A stretch of DNA of 64,000 bases from Roseibacillus sp. (lineage in GTDB: Bacteria > Verrucomicrobiota > Verrucomicrobiia > Verrucomicrobiales > Akkermansiaceae), in the NCBI GenBank assembly GCA_965242925.1, contig CBDEUM010000038.1, forward strand, positions 96,001-160,000, written 5' to 3'. Both the position numbers and the translations under genes were made by a program. The notes beneath the pieces are model-generated. The model did not search any database, was not told where the DNA came from, and worked only from the letters and a program-made list of their open reading frames with translations. Shown here one piece after another: positions 45,061 to 55,709 of this stretch (within the stretch, counting starts at the first letter, position 1; the number at the start of each line of letters is the position of its first letter).

Positions 45061-48000
45061 ATGAGTGCATCGCGGTCGTTCCTTGTTCCCGCCGTCGTAG
45101 TTATTACCGCGGCCTGCCCCCTTGTCCATGGGGAGAAGGAAGCTCCCTCCGCGGAACTTCATGAGGACTACGGTAAGGTGAAGGAGCTCCTCGCCGCGAA
45201 ATGCCATTCCTGTCACGGCGCGCTCAAGCAGAAGGCGAAGTTGCGACTGGAGACGCGCGACCTCATGCTGAAGGGCGAAGTCATCGTTCCCGGGCAGGCG
45301 GCGAAAAGCCTGCTCATTGAGCGCGTGGAGGACATGGGCGAAGACCGCATGCCACCTCCCGAGGAAGGAGCGGCCTTGAAATCCGGGGAAATCGCCCTCC
45401 TGCGCCGCTGGATTGACGGTGGGGCCAAGGCGCCAGCAGGGGAACCCGTTCCACAAGGCCCGGGCGAGCACTGGGCTTTCCAGGTGCCACGCCGCACGGC
45501 CTTGCCGGACGATGCGGGCAACCCCATCGACGCCCTGCTGCAAAAACGCCAGACAGCACTCGGGCTGAAGGCACAACCGGCGGCACAACGTACGATTCTC
45601 ATTCGTCGCCTCTACCTCGACCTTATCGGCCTGCCGCCTACGCGCGAGCAGTTACTCCGTGATGCCCGCCCATTGGAATCCATCGTGGACGAACTCCTCG
45701 CCAGTCCCCAGTACGGTGAGCGCTGGGCCCGGCACTGGATGGACGTTTGGCGCTACAGCGACTGGTACGGCCTCGGCAAGGAGATCCGCGACAGCCAGAA
45801 GCACATCTGGCGTTGGCGCGACTGGATCGTCAATTCACTCAACGAGAACAAAGGCTACGACCAGATGGTCCGCGAAATGCTCGCGGGCGATGAAATCGCG
45901 CCGAACGATCCGAAAGCACTTGCAGCCACCGGATTTCTCGCCAGGAGCTGGTTCAAATTCAACCGCACGAGCTGGCTTGACAACACGATTGAACACACGG
46001 GCAAAGCCTTCATGGGATTGACCATGAATTGCGCCAAATGCCACGATCACAAGTACGACCCCATCACTCATCTCGATTACTATAAGTTCCGGGCTATTTT
46101 TGAGCCTCACCAGGTCCGTGTTGATGCTGCCCCAGGGCAATTGGACCTGGCCGCGAACGGATTGACCCGGGTTTACGATGGCAATCCGGGGGCCGCGACC
46201 TACCTGCACAGGCGGGGAGAGGAAAGTAAGGAGGACAAGAGCAAAAAAATCAGTGCGGGCTCTCCTGCCTTCCTTGCAAGGGATGCGTGGCGAGCGCCGA
46301 AGTCGATCGAGCTTCCGATCGAAGCCCGGCGTCCCGACCTGCAAGGGTTTGTGCAGGAAGGTCTCCTTGCCCAGGCCCAGGCAAAGGTCACTCAGGCCGA
46401 AGCCCACCTGGAGAAGATGAAACTCCGGAGGGCGGCTGCAGACCGGAAAAAAGAGTTGGTGAAAAGCGAGGATGAAAAGCCTGTGCCGAAAACCGAAGAA
46501 AAAAAGCCAGCTGACGAACCTGCCGTGGGCGGACCAGTTCTCGTCGATGACTTCCGCAAAGCCCGGCCGGATCTATGGGAGCTCGTCGGCAATGACTGGC
46601 GCTACCAGGGTGGTCTGCTTTCCCTGACCAAACCATCCCTGGACACACACTGGTTACGTTCAAAAGCAACACACCCCCGGGACTTTGAAGTCAGCCTGAG
46701 GGCTCAAGCAACCGGTGGCCAGAGATGGAAATCGGTGGGCATCCGCTTTGACGTCGATCAGAGCGGGAACAATTCTCACTTTGTCTATACAAGCGTTGGT
46801 GGGACCAAGGTGCACCTGGCCCACACGATTGAAGGGAGAGATGTTTACACCAAGGCCGTCGCCAAGCGTCCGATCAAGTTGAATCAGGAGTACACGCTGA
46901 ACCTGAAAGTTCGCGGTCCGCTGATCAACGTCGCGCTGGATGGGGAATTCCTCTATGCCTACAACCTGCCGAGACGCCAGCCCGGCGCCGTTCAACTCCT
47001 CGCATATGACGCCACTGCTGACTTTTACAGTGTCGAGGTCCGGCATTTGCCTGCCGAGACGACCCTTGAGGAAGCCAGTGAAAAGGCGAAGCCGATCGTC
47101 GCCAGCGCGCCGGTGATCACGGAAAGTGTCGTCGAACTGGCAGAAGCCAAGCTGAAGCTGGCCGAGGCGGAATATGCTTTTACCAAAGCGCGAATCGATG
47201 CGGACAACGTCAATTACCGGAAAACGGGGAATGGGACGGTGGAGAATGCCCGACGCATGCTGCTTGAAATGAATCTGGCCAGTGCAAGAGTCGACTCGCT
47301 CGACTCGAAAAAAACGGCCAAAGCTTCGGAGACGATCAAGAACCTGGAAGCAGATCTCAAGGCTGGGAAATTCCCGGGCTACGAACCCCTGACCGTCAGC
47401 AAGGTGTCTCTTCTCAAGACGTCGAACAAGGACGCCCTGCCTGCGGGCGATGGTTATCCAAAGACCAGCAGCGGTCGAAGAACGGCGCTGGCGAACTGGT
47501 TGACGCACCGTGATCACCCCCTGACCGCCCGGGTGGCAGTCAACCACATCTGGCTGCGGCACTTTGGTTCTCCACTGGTCGAGTCCGTTGCTGACTTTGG
47601 CTTGAGGGCGCCGAAGCCAGTGCACCAGGACCTGTTGGATTGCCTGGCCGTCGAGTTGATCGAGTCGGGGTGGGACATGAAACGTCTTCATCGTTTGATG
47701 CTCTCATCTAGAACCTGGCAGCGTAGTTCCTCCAATCTGGCGGCGGACAAGAAGACTCTCGCCGGCGACAATAACAATCGCCACTACTGGCGCATGAACA
47801 GCCGGCGGATGGAGGCCCAGGTTCTTCGAGACAGCCTGTTGCACCTGGCCGACACGCTTGATCTAACCCGCGGCGGTCCCCCGGTCACGCCCTCACCCAA
47901 TGTGCGACGACGCAGTCTCTACTTCTTTCATTCACGAGACGGGCGTTCAAAGTTCTTGTCGGCCTTCGATGACGCCGATGTGTTTGCCTGCTACCGACGC

Positions 48001-48261
48001 AGTGAAAGCATTGTTCCGCAGCAGGCGTTGGCGATGATGAACAGTCAAACGGCGACCGCGTCAGCAAAACAGATCGCGGCAACATTCAATCCGGACATGA
48101 ATTCCGAGGATTTCGCCCGGGCTGCATTCATGAAGATTCTGGCCAGAGAACCGGCAGAGACCGAGTTGGCTGAAAGCCTGTCATATCTGCGGGATCAACC
48201 CCGGCGAGAGCATTTCATTCACGCTTTAATCAACCTCAATGACTTCCTGGTGATTCGATGA
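45061..48261 (+). CDS. Planctomycete cytochrome c / DUF1549 / DUF1553 (PSD1) protein
   Basis: CHSCH, HWAF, RRLYLDLIGLPPT, YGERWARHWMD, CAKCHDHKYDP, LTARVAVN, PQQAL. Confidence 0.9.
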   Translation: MSASRSFLVPAVVVITAACPLVHGEKEAPSAELHEDYGKVKELLAAKCHSCHGALKQKAKLRLETRDLMLKGEVIVPGQAAKSLLIERVEDMGEDRMPPPEEGAALKSGEIALLRRWIDGGAKAPAGEPVPQGPGEHWAFQVPRRTALPDDAGNPIDALLQKRQTALGLKAQPAAQRTILIRRLYLDLIGLPPTREQLLRDARPLESIVDELLASPQYGERWARHWMDVWRYSDWYGLGKEIRDSQKHIWRWRDWIVNSLNENKGYDQMVREMLAGDEIAPNDPKALAATGFLARSWFKFNRTSWLDNTIEHTGKAFMGLTMNCAKCHDHKYDPITHLDYYKFRAIFEPHQVRVDAAPGQLDLAANGLTRVYDGNPGAATYLHRRGEESKEDKSKKISAGSPAFLARDAWRAPKSIELPIEARRPDLQGFVQEGLLAQAQAKVTQAEAHLEKMKLRRAAADRKKELVKSEDEKPVPKTEEKKPADEPAVGGPVLVDDFRKARPDLWELVGNDWRYQGGLLSLTKPSLDTHWLRSKATHPRDFEVSLRAQATGGQRWKSVGIRFDVDQSGNNSHFVYTSVGGTKVHLAHTIEGRDVYTKAVAKRPIKLNQEYTLNLKVRGPLINVALDGEFLYAYNLPRRQPGAVQLLAYDATADFYSVEVRHLPAETTLEEASEKAKPIVASAPVITESVVELAEAKLKLAEAEYAFTKARIDADNVNYRKTGNGTVENARRMLLEMNLASARVDSLDSKKTAKASETIKNLEADLKAGKFPGYEPLTVSKVSLLKTSNKDALPAGDGYPKTSSGRRTALANWLTHRDHPLTARVAVNHIWLRHFGSPLVESVADFGLRAPKPVHQDLLDCLAVELIESGWDMKRLHRLMLSSRTWQRSSSNLAADKKTLAGDNNNRHYWRMNSRRMEAQVLRDSLLHLADTLDLTRGGPPVTPSPNVRRRSLYFFHSRDGRSKFLSAFDDADVFACYRRSESIVPQQALAMMNSQTATASAKQIAATFNPDMNSEDFARAAFMKILAREPAETELAESLSYLRDQPRREHFIHALINLNDFLVIR

Positions 48262-49685
48262 ACCTCGACAGCTCATATTCTGTTTCAAGAAGGAGTGTCC
48301 TGCGGTCAGGGCTTGGCTTTGGTGCGCTGGCACTCAACGGCATCATGGCTGCAGAACAACATGTCCTGCCGGACGGAAAGCCTCGTTTCAAGCCCAGGGC
48401 AAAACGGGTGATCTGGTTGTTCATGCGAGGCGGAGTGAGTCACATGGAGAGCTTTGATCCGAAGCCCGAGCTCAACAAATATGCCGGAAAAACAATTGGC
48501 GAAACTCCTTACAAGGCCGTCCTCGATCCGCATAAAATAAGAAAGCTGCGTATACCGATCAAAGGTGATGCCAACGGCCATACCCGCACCAAGATCTTTC
48601 CCCTGCAGACTGGCTTCAGGAAATACGGGCAGTCGGGAGTTGAAGTCAGTGACTGGTTTCCGCACATCGGATCCTGCGTCGACGATATCGCGTTCATCCG
48701 CTCCATGTGGACGAGCGACAACAATCATGGCGCGCAGGTTCAGTTCCATTCCGGGCGCCACTTTCTGGATCCGCGTGTCCCGACCATTGGGGCATGGATC
48801 AACTATGGCCTTGGTTCGCTCAGTGACGACCTGCCCCAGTTCATCAACATAGGCCCGCGTTTCTTCGACAAGAAGGATGCCCATTACCTGGGTCCGGCCT
48901 ACGAGGCGGTAAACATCAAGATCGATCCCGGTAATCCTCTCGACTATGCCAGGCCAAGCGGAGGCATGACTGCTGAAACCCAGTTGAAGAACCTCAGGTT
49001 GACCAACAAGCTCAACCGACTTGCGGCGGAACAATATCCGCTTGATCCGGTCATCGAAGCCCGGATGAAGTCCTATGAGCTGGCCTATCGCATGCAGACG
49101 GCTGTTCCGGACGCAATGAACTTCAAGGAGGAATCCGCTGAAACTCGGAAGCTCTATGGGATCGACCAACAGGAAACCAAGGCCTTTGGTCAGCAGTTGC
49201 TGGCAGCCCGGCGTTTTTCCGAGCGTGGGGTGCGGTTTATCCAGATCATGCACGGTGATGGTGCCGCAGGCGCGTGGGACAATCATTCGGGATTGAAGAA
49301 GGGCCACACAAAGCTCTCCAGGCAGGTTGACCTGCCTGCCGCGGGTCTGTTGAAGGACCTGAAGCAGCGGGGACTTCTCAAGGACACCATCGTGGTGTTC
49401 GCGACCGAGTTCGGTCGCACTCCGGGTTCCCAGGGCGCAGATGGTCGCGATCATCATTCGTTCGGGTTCAGTGTCTGGATGGCAGGCGGCGGCATCAAGG
49501 GTGGTGTGATCAACGGAGCAACTGATGAGCTGGGCTACCATGCCGTCGAAGACCCTCATTACGTGACCGATGTGCACGCCACGATCAATCAGCTCATGGG
49601 CATTGATCCCCACAAGCTGGAAGTCCCCGGCCATAAGCGCCTCGAAAAGGACTTTGGCCATCCTATCCAGGACATTATATCCTGA
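48258..49685 (+). CDS. DUF1501 family protein (probable Tat substrate)
   Basis: SRRSVL twin-arginine, GGVSHMESFDPKP, WDNH, TEFGRTP, GRDH; ATGA overlap with the upstream gene. Confidence 0.92.
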   Translation: MNLDSSYSVSRRSVLRSGLGFGALALNGIMAAEQHVLPDGKPRFKPRAKRVIWLFMRGGVSHMESFDPKPELNKYAGKTIGETPYKAVLDPHKIRKLRIPIKGDANGHTRTKIFPLQTGFRKYGQSGVEVSDWFPHIGSCVDDIAFIRSMWTSDNNHGAQVQFHSGRHFLDPRVPTIGAWINYGLGSLSDDLPQFINIGPRFFDKKDAHYLGPAYEAVNIKIDPGNPLDYARPSGGMTAETQLKNLRLTNKLNRLAAEQYPLDPVIEARMKSYELAYRMQTAVPDAMNFKEESAETRKLYGIDQQETKAFGQQLLAARRFSERGVRFIQIMHGDGAAGAWDNHSGLKKGHTKLSRQVDLPAAGLLKDLKQRGLLKDTIVVFATEFGRTPGSQGADGRDHHSFGFSVWMAGGGIKGGVINGATDELGYHAVEDPHYVTDVHATINQLMGIDPHKLEVPGHKRLEKDFGHPIQDIIS

Positions 49686-49714
49686 GTCCGAAAGACAATG
49701 AACCCTTCGATCCA

Positions 49715-50824
49715 GTGAGAAGATACTTGCACCTCCCTTGTTGCCTGCTGTGCGTCTGCTTGTGCATTCCGTCCTCATCGGATGCCCGGATCCAGCCCGC
49801 CGAAGATGCACCGCAGCCGCTTTCTCCCGGGGAGAGCGCCAAACGGATTCGACTACCGGAGGGTTTTCAGATTGATCTGGTTGCGAGCGAACCGGTGGTC
49901 AAGGAACCGTCCGGGATCGCCTTCGACGAAGACGGCCGGGTTTTTGTGTGTGAGCTTCATGGTTACAACGTCGAGGGGCACATCGACACGCAGGAACTCA
50001 ACAAGACTGGAGAACTCGATAAGACGGTGCGACGCATCCGATGGGAGTTCAAGGGAGGGAAAATCGCGGAGGAGGCAGCCAGACAGCAATATGGAGTGGT
50101 CAAGTTGCTGACGGATACGGACGGAGACGGCGTGATGGACAAGGCGGAGGTGTGGGCCGATGACCTCCCGCCATGTTATGGGATTGTCGCTGCGCGGGGC
50201 GGGGTCATTGTGGCCTGTGCCCCCCATATCATGTTCTTTGCCGACCGGGACGGCGATGGGAAGCCGGATGTCCGTGAAACCCTCTTCACGGGATTCAAGG
50301 TCAACACCATTGAGCGGGGAATCAACAACCCGATCTGGGGACTCGACGACTGGATTTACGTCGGAAGCGGATCGGGAGGCGGAACAATCACCGGGCCAAA
50401 ACTCAAGGGACCCTTCGGACTTGGTGGTTCGGACTTCCGGATCAAGGCGGACGGTTCGGCGATCGAGCATGTGAACGGGAGTGTCGGGACGTTTGGCCTG
50501 ACGATGAACGATATCGGGGATCGCTTTCCATCCTCCGGTGGCACACCCGCCCGGTATGCACTCCCGCTGCCACGCCACTATCTTGCCCGCAATCCGCACG
50601 TGGCAACTCCGGGCTCAACCCAGGCCGCTGCGAACTACGGTAATGGTTTTCGGCTCAGTGATCCGCACCCCTGGCGCGTTAAGCGGGGCAGGGATCCAGC
50701 CTGGGTGAAGTTCTATGGAAAGCGCGAAACCAACAGCAATTACTTTTCCGGGGGATGCAGCACGACGTTCTACGGAGGGACGGCTCTTCCCCGAGCAATA
50801 TCACGGCAATCTGTTTTACTGTGA
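49715..50824 (+). CDS. PVC-type heme-binding dehydrogenase-like protein, N-terminal half (frameshifted)
   Basis: LPEGFQIDLVASEP, DTDGDG propeller motifs; frame breaks near 50790. Confidence 0.8.
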   Translation: MRRYLHLPCCLLCVCLCIPSSSDARIQPAEDAPQPLSPGESAKRIRLPEGFQIDLVASEPVVKEPSGIAFDEDGRVFVCELHGYNVEGHIDTQELNKTGELDKTVRRIRWEFKGGKIAEEAARQQYGVVKLLTDTDGDGVMDKAEVWADDLPPCYGIVAARGGVIVACAPHIMFFADRDGDGKPDVRETLFTGFKVNTIERGINNPIWGLDDWIYVGSGSGGGTITGPKLKGPFGLGGSDFRIKADGSAIEHVNGSVGTFGLTMNDIGDRFPSSGGTPARYALPLPRHYLARNPHVATPGSTQAAANYGNGFRLSDPHPWRVKRGRDPAWVKFYGKRETNSNYFSGGCSTTFYGGTALPRAISRQSVLL

Positions 50825-52862
50825 GCCTTCGCTCAACATCGTGCATCGCACGGTTCTGACGCGGGATGGTGCCGGCTACCGGGCCCGGCGGGCACCGGGT
50901 GAGCAGGAATCCGAATTCCTTGCCTCAACCGATCAATGGTTCCGCCCAATGAATCTGAGGGTCGGTCCGGATGGAGCGCTCTACATCGTCGATATGTACC
51001 GTGAAATCATCGAGGACTATTCGGCGGTTCCCCGGTTTCTCCAGCAGCAATATGGGTTGAATAAGGGGAAGGAGCACGGTCGCATCTGGAGACTTAGCCC
51101 CAAGGGAAAAACCCCCGCTGCCAAGAACGACCTTGCCAAGGCCACTACCAGGGAACTGGCACAGGCCCTTGCGGATGACAATCCATGGCGGCGGTCCACT
51201 GCACAACGGATGCTCATTGAACGGGGGGGCCGTGGTGCACGTGATTCGCTTGTCAGGCTGATCCGGGTAGAGGGAACTGCCCCATCAGGCGTCATTCGTG
51301 CGCTGCAAACCCTGAAGACGTTGAAATCGCTGGAGTCCTCGGATGTCCTGGTTGCCCTCGCTCATGAAGACCATGGAGTGAGGGTGCATGGATTGCGCTT
51401 GGCTGGACCGTGGCTCGATTCGGACGAGGCCCTTCGTTCCCAGTTGATCAGGATGAACCAGGATCCGGATCCCCGGGTCCGTCTGCAACTCGCCATGACG
51501 CTTGGTGAATCCAAGGACACCTGGCCGGTCGAACCCTTGATGGACCTGGCGGGAAGTTATGGAGGCGATAGCTGGATGGCTACTGCCATCCTCAGTTCCG
51601 CGAACAACCGGAACGGGGGGCGCCTGCTCCTCGGCCTGCTGGGCAGCATTGAACTGGGCCCTGGTGCCCGGGCCTTGCTCGAGCCACTGGCAAAAACCGT
51701 GGGTGGACGAAGGGACGGGGAGCAAATGGCGGCCGCCCTGCGGTTGGTGTCATCGCTGGACACCGACCTCCAGAAAGCATGCCTGGCTGGTTTTGCAGGG
51801 AGTGTTTCACGCGGTGGGGCACCGGTTCCGGAGTCCGTCGATGGATGGGCCTCCCTGACACGTTTTCTCAGCAGCAGTGATGCACAGGTCAGGGAACTGG
51901 CAGCCAAGCTTTCAGCTGAACTCCCGGTCGCGGAAGGCGATCGTCTGGCCGCAATGTTTGCAGAGGCAGCGGAGAGTGCCCTGGAACCAGGGGGTGAGCT
52001 GGCAAAACGAAGGCAGGCCCTGCAAATCCTCGCCAGTGCGCCTTTTGAGGCCTTGTCACCAGTGGCCTCCAAGCTACTGGATTCAAGACAGCCGCCTTCT
52101 ATTCAGGTTTCAGCGATAGCAGCCCTTGGGACTTCGGGCGATGAGCGTGCCGCCGGGCTTCTGCTCAAGGGCTGGCCGGGATTCTCGCCAACATCCCGCA
52201 GTGCGGTCCTCCGCACGATCTTCTCCCGCAGAAACCGGCTTCCTGCATTAATTGAGGCCATCGAAAAGGGTGTCGTTCACCCCGGCGACATCTCCGGGGT
52301 GCAGAGGGAGCAATTGAAATCCATTCCAGACGCCAATCTGGCAACACGTGCAGGCAATAGGCTGTTCAAGGAATCCTCCACGGAAGCCGAACTGACGGCC
52401 CGCATTGCACGCTATCGTGGAGCGCTCAACAACAAGGCGGATCCTGCAAAGGGGAAGGTTGTTTACCAAAAGAACTGCATCGTATGCCACAAGCTCGGGG
52501 ACCAGGGCAACGAAGTCGGCCCTTCGCTCGGTAGTATCACCGGCAAGCCCGATGAATCCGTTCTCATGGATATCCTTGATCCAAACGGAAAAATTGAGCC
52601 GGAATACAAACTCTATCTGATCTCAGCGACCGGCGGGAAAGCCCATGCAGGGGTGCTCGCTTCCGAGTCGCCCACCAGTGTGATCCTTAAACGTGTCGAT
52701 GGCGGAGCCGATGTCATTCTTCGTAAGGACATCATCAAGATGACGGCTTCCGAGCTTTCCCTCATGCCCGCAAATCTTCACACGCAGATCAATCCACAGG
52801 ATGCCACCGACTTGATCGCGTTCCTGCGGATGACGTTCGCAGGGAAGCCGAAAAGCCAGTGA
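50715..52862 (+). CDS. PVC-type heme-binding dehydrogenase-like protein, C-terminal half (HEAT repeats + CxxCH cytochrome c)
   Basis: GNLFYCEP, WFRP...GPDGALY..DMYR, HEAT repeats, CIVCH, VGPSL, SLMP. Confidence 0.85.
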   Translation: MESAKPTAITFPGDAARRSTEGRLFPEQYHGNLFYCEPSLNIVHRTVLTRDGAGYRARRAPGEQESEFLASTDQWFRPMNLRVGPDGALYIVDMYREIIEDYSAVPRFLQQQYGLNKGKEHGRIWRLSPKGKTPAAKNDLAKATTRELAQALADDNPWRRSTAQRMLIERGGRGARDSLVRLIRVEGTAPSGVIRALQTLKTLKSLESSDVLVALAHEDHGVRVHGLRLAGPWLDSDEALRSQLIRMNQDPDPRVRLQLAMTLGESKDTWPVEPLMDLAGSYGGDSWMATAILSSANNRNGGRLLLGLLGSIELGPGARALLEPLAKTVGGRRDGEQMAAALRLVSSLDTDLQKACLAGFAGSVSRGGAPVPESVDGWASLTRFLSSSDAQVRELAAKLSAELPVAEGDRLAAMFAEAAESALEPGGELAKRRQALQILASAPFEALSPVASKLLDSRQPPSIQVSAIAALGTSGDERAAGLLLKGWPGFSPTSRSAVLRTIFSRRNRLPALIEAIEKGVVHPGDISGVQREQLKSIPDANLATRAGNRLFKESSTEAELTARIARYRGALNNKADPAKGKVVYQKNCIVCHKLGDQGNEVGPSLGSITGKPDESVLMDILDPNGKIEPEYKLYLISATGGKAHAGVLASESPTSVILKRVDGGADVILRKDIIKMTASELSLMPANLHTQINPQDATDLIAFLRMTFAGKPKSQ

Positions 52863-53163
52863 GCTCTTCACCAGAGTGCATCTGGACGCAAGGCATCAAG
52901 TCAGCTCTCCACTCAACCGCCAGGGCGGAGGTCGCGCTGACAAGGGCAAGTGCGAGGATGCGCTTCATCAATCCCCATATGTCTAGGGGCAACCCGCGGA
53001 GACAATCAATTCAAAAGGTATCGAAACAAGGCTATTCCCTGCGAAGGTTCTCGCTCGCCAATCTGACCGGCAACTCACAGCATCCAGTGATTGGTCATCG
53101 TTGCCGTTTCAACTGCATATCCCATGAGGTTCTATTGTTCACTCCTTTAACCTGAAACAAATA

Positions 53164-55593
53164 ATGAAATCCATTCTCCTATCCTTCGCGTTCTTTCTGG
53201 GAGCGACTTCGTCCTGGGCCAAGGCCCCCTTCAAGTACGTCTGGGGCACCGCCCACCACGTCCTGCCGGAAACTCATTCCGATGAATCGGGGTATTTCTC
53301 GCTCTGCGAAGGTAACGACGGACGCATGTACGTCGGGACTTCAAAATACGGCCACAACGCCTACATCGTGGAATTTGATCCGGTCACTGCAAAGCAGCGC
53401 ATCGTGGTGGATGCCCATAGCGTCTGTGGGCTAACGGCCAAAGGTTATGCTGCCCAGGCGAAGTTTCATACGCGCAACTATGTCGGACCCAGTGGAGTGA
53501 TTTATGCCGGGACCAAGCAGGGCTATCGAAAGAAGGGGGATACTTCCGAATACCCCGGAGGGTATTTCATTACATATGATCCGCGTAACGACACTGCCCG
53601 TAATCTTGGCATGCCCTATAAGAAACAGGGCATTGCCGATGTCGTGGCAGACGAGTCACGTGGCTTGGCCTACATCGTCACCTGCGAGGATCAGCATTGG
53701 ATGCGCTATGACTTTGCCGCCAAGAAATTCAGTGAACTGGGCCCCATGCTTACCCCTTATGCCACTACCTTGGTGGACGGCGAAGGAAATGCCCACTCCC
53801 TGACCAAGGATTTCCAGCTGGCAACCTACAATCCGAAAACCAGGAAAGTGATCCAACGTCCGATAGAGATCGGGGGGGAACTTTTTGTGCGTGAGAATCA
53901 ATCAGCGATTCCCACCTGGAACCTGTCTGCGGATGGCCGCACGGCCTGGCTGATCCTGATGAACAATGCCGGCCTGATTTCCATCGACCTCTCTTCCAAG
54001 GGAGGGAAGGTCAGGGGCGTCAACCACGGGCTCATGCTCAAGGGAGGAAATCCTGATTCGCGCAGTGCACTGACGATCGCTCCGGATGGGAAAATCTACA
54101 CGTTGATCAGCGTAAAAAACGCCACGGGATTTGGTCAGGGAAAACTGCACCATCTTTGCCGTTATGATCCTGAGAAAAAGCGCCACGAAGACCTTGGGGT
54201 GTTGGCGGTAAAAAACCCCGGGTTCTTTGATTTTAATCCGGCCAACGGCAAGAAGCCGCCCTGGAGTCATGGTTACCACACGCTGCCGGATGGAACCATG
54301 ACTCCCCTGCATAATCACATGGCATTGATTGCAACCCGCGATAACACTCTCTACGCCACGATCATCTATCCCTTTACCCTGCTCAAGATAGATGCCTTCC
54401 GCAAAGAGCCGGCGGCTGCCGGACCCGCCGAAAAATACCTGCGCTCGATTCACCAACACCTCGACCGGATCGAGAAAAATATTCCCCAGTTCACCAAGTT
54501 GGGTGAAATAACCGCGGAACGCTACGAGCGTGGAGGTTTGGTCGGTTTCCATTGGCTGGGGGCCACCTTGGAGCAGGAGTTGATCGGGCGCAGTGGCGGT
54601 CTCATGCACATTGGTTTCGATCGGCCCTGGAAGGACAAGAAACTTCGAACCGATTCCGAGAAGGTGCAGGACTTGGCGGTGGTGGCATGGGATGCCGACC
54701 CCAAGCCCAATGACTTGAAGCGCCTGCAACAATTCAAGGCCGCGGGCCAGTTCGTCCTCGGATTCGGATCCAGGAACAATCCCCGCCTGGCTGAACATGC
54801 CAGGGCCTGTGATGCCTGGGTCGACCTGGACACCGAGCCAAAGGATCTCGATCCCGGCAAATTAAACCACGTCGTCGGGGCCGTTTCGGGTTGGATTTGG
54901 ATGGCCGAAACCATTGCCGCCCACACCCGCAAGGGACGCATGCCCACAATGTGGAAGAGTTGGGCCATGGAGGACGGACGCGACTGGTCGGACCGCTTTT
55001 TCCGGAAGGTGAAATATCACAAGAACATGTCTGTTACTCCTATTCCCAAGGGGGTCTTGAGCAAGGCCTTCCTTAATCGGATTCGCTCCCAGTTGCTGGC
55101 CCTGGAAAACACCCAGTTGTCCGCTCTCCGCGGCTTCGCCGACTCCATTGCGAAGGAAACCAAAGCCGGCAGACGCACCGTGGTGGCTTCCAGCGGGCAC
55201 ATGGTGATGCATTACGTGGGAAAGTATTCCGACGCCGCGTGGGCCGACAACATCGAGGTGCATGAAAACGTGGATTCCCAACTGAACAACTTCAGGACGA
55301 AGGCGCCCCAAGACGGCCTCGTCCTCCGCCTCGGGTATTTTGGTCTCAGCCCCAAGATCGACGATCTATTCAAGTTGAAGAAGAGCCGGGTCCTTCTCAT
55401 GACCGCGGAAAACCCGAGGGCCGATTTCGCTTCTCATCTCGACTATCCAGGCCGCCTCGATCTCGGTGTGGCCTTTGGTGATGCCTGCGTTCCGATCGAG
55501 GGCTATCCCATACCCCTGTTCCCGCCAAGCGGCATCGTCAAGGCCGCTGCCTATGAATCCCTCAATGTGGAGATCCTGCACCGCTTGAAGTGA
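53164..55593 (+). CDS. Exported protein: beta-propeller fused to tandem SIS-like domains
   Basis: Signal peptide; propeller blades (DGRMYVGT, YDP); C-terminal GRSGGL and a second SSGHM alpha/beta repeat. Confidence 0.7.
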   Translation: MKSILLSFAFFLGATSSWAKAPFKYVWGTAHHVLPETHSDESGYFSLCEGNDGRMYVGTSKYGHNAYIVEFDPVTAKQRIVVDAHSVCGLTAKGYAAQAKFHTRNYVGPSGVIYAGTKQGYRKKGDTSEYPGGYFITYDPRNDTARNLGMPYKKQGIADVVADESRGLAYIVTCEDQHWMRYDFAAKKFSELGPMLTPYATTLVDGEGNAHSLTKDFQLATYNPKTRKVIQRPIEIGGELFVRENQSAIPTWNLSADGRTAWLILMNNAGLISIDLSSKGGKVRGVNHGLMLKGGNPDSRSALTIAPDGKIYTLISVKNATGFGQGKLHHLCRYDPEKKRHEDLGVLAVKNPGFFDFNPANGKKPPWSHGYHTLPDGTMTPLHNHMALIATRDNTLYATIIYPFTLLKIDAFRKEPAAAGPAEKYLRSIHQHLDRIEKNIPQFTKLGEITAERYERGGLVGFHWLGATLEQELIGRSGGLMHIGFDRPWKDKKLRTDSEKVQDLAVVAWDADPKPNDLKRLQQFKAAGQFVLGFGSRNNPRLAEHARACDAWVDLDTEPKDLDPGKLNHVVGAVSGWIWMAETIAAHTRKGRMPTMWKSWAMEDGRDWSDRFFRKVKYHKNMSVTPIPKGVLSKAFLNRIRSQLLALENTQLSALRGFADSIAKETKAGRRTVVASSGHMVMHYVGKYSDAAWADNIEVHENVDSQLNNFRTKAPQDGLVLRLGYFGLSPKIDDLFKLKKSRVLLMTAENPRADFASHLDYPGRLDLGVAFGDACVPIEGYPIPLFPPSGIVKAAAYESLNVEILHRLK

Positions 55594-55709
55594 GAGAGAA
55601 ATTTCCCTGTCTCCTCACTCTGCCGTAAATACTGATAAGGGGTAAGAGTTCATGAAACTCGCGCATTTTTTGCGCGCTACTATTGGCTGTCTTGGCGGTT
55701 CAATCCGGC

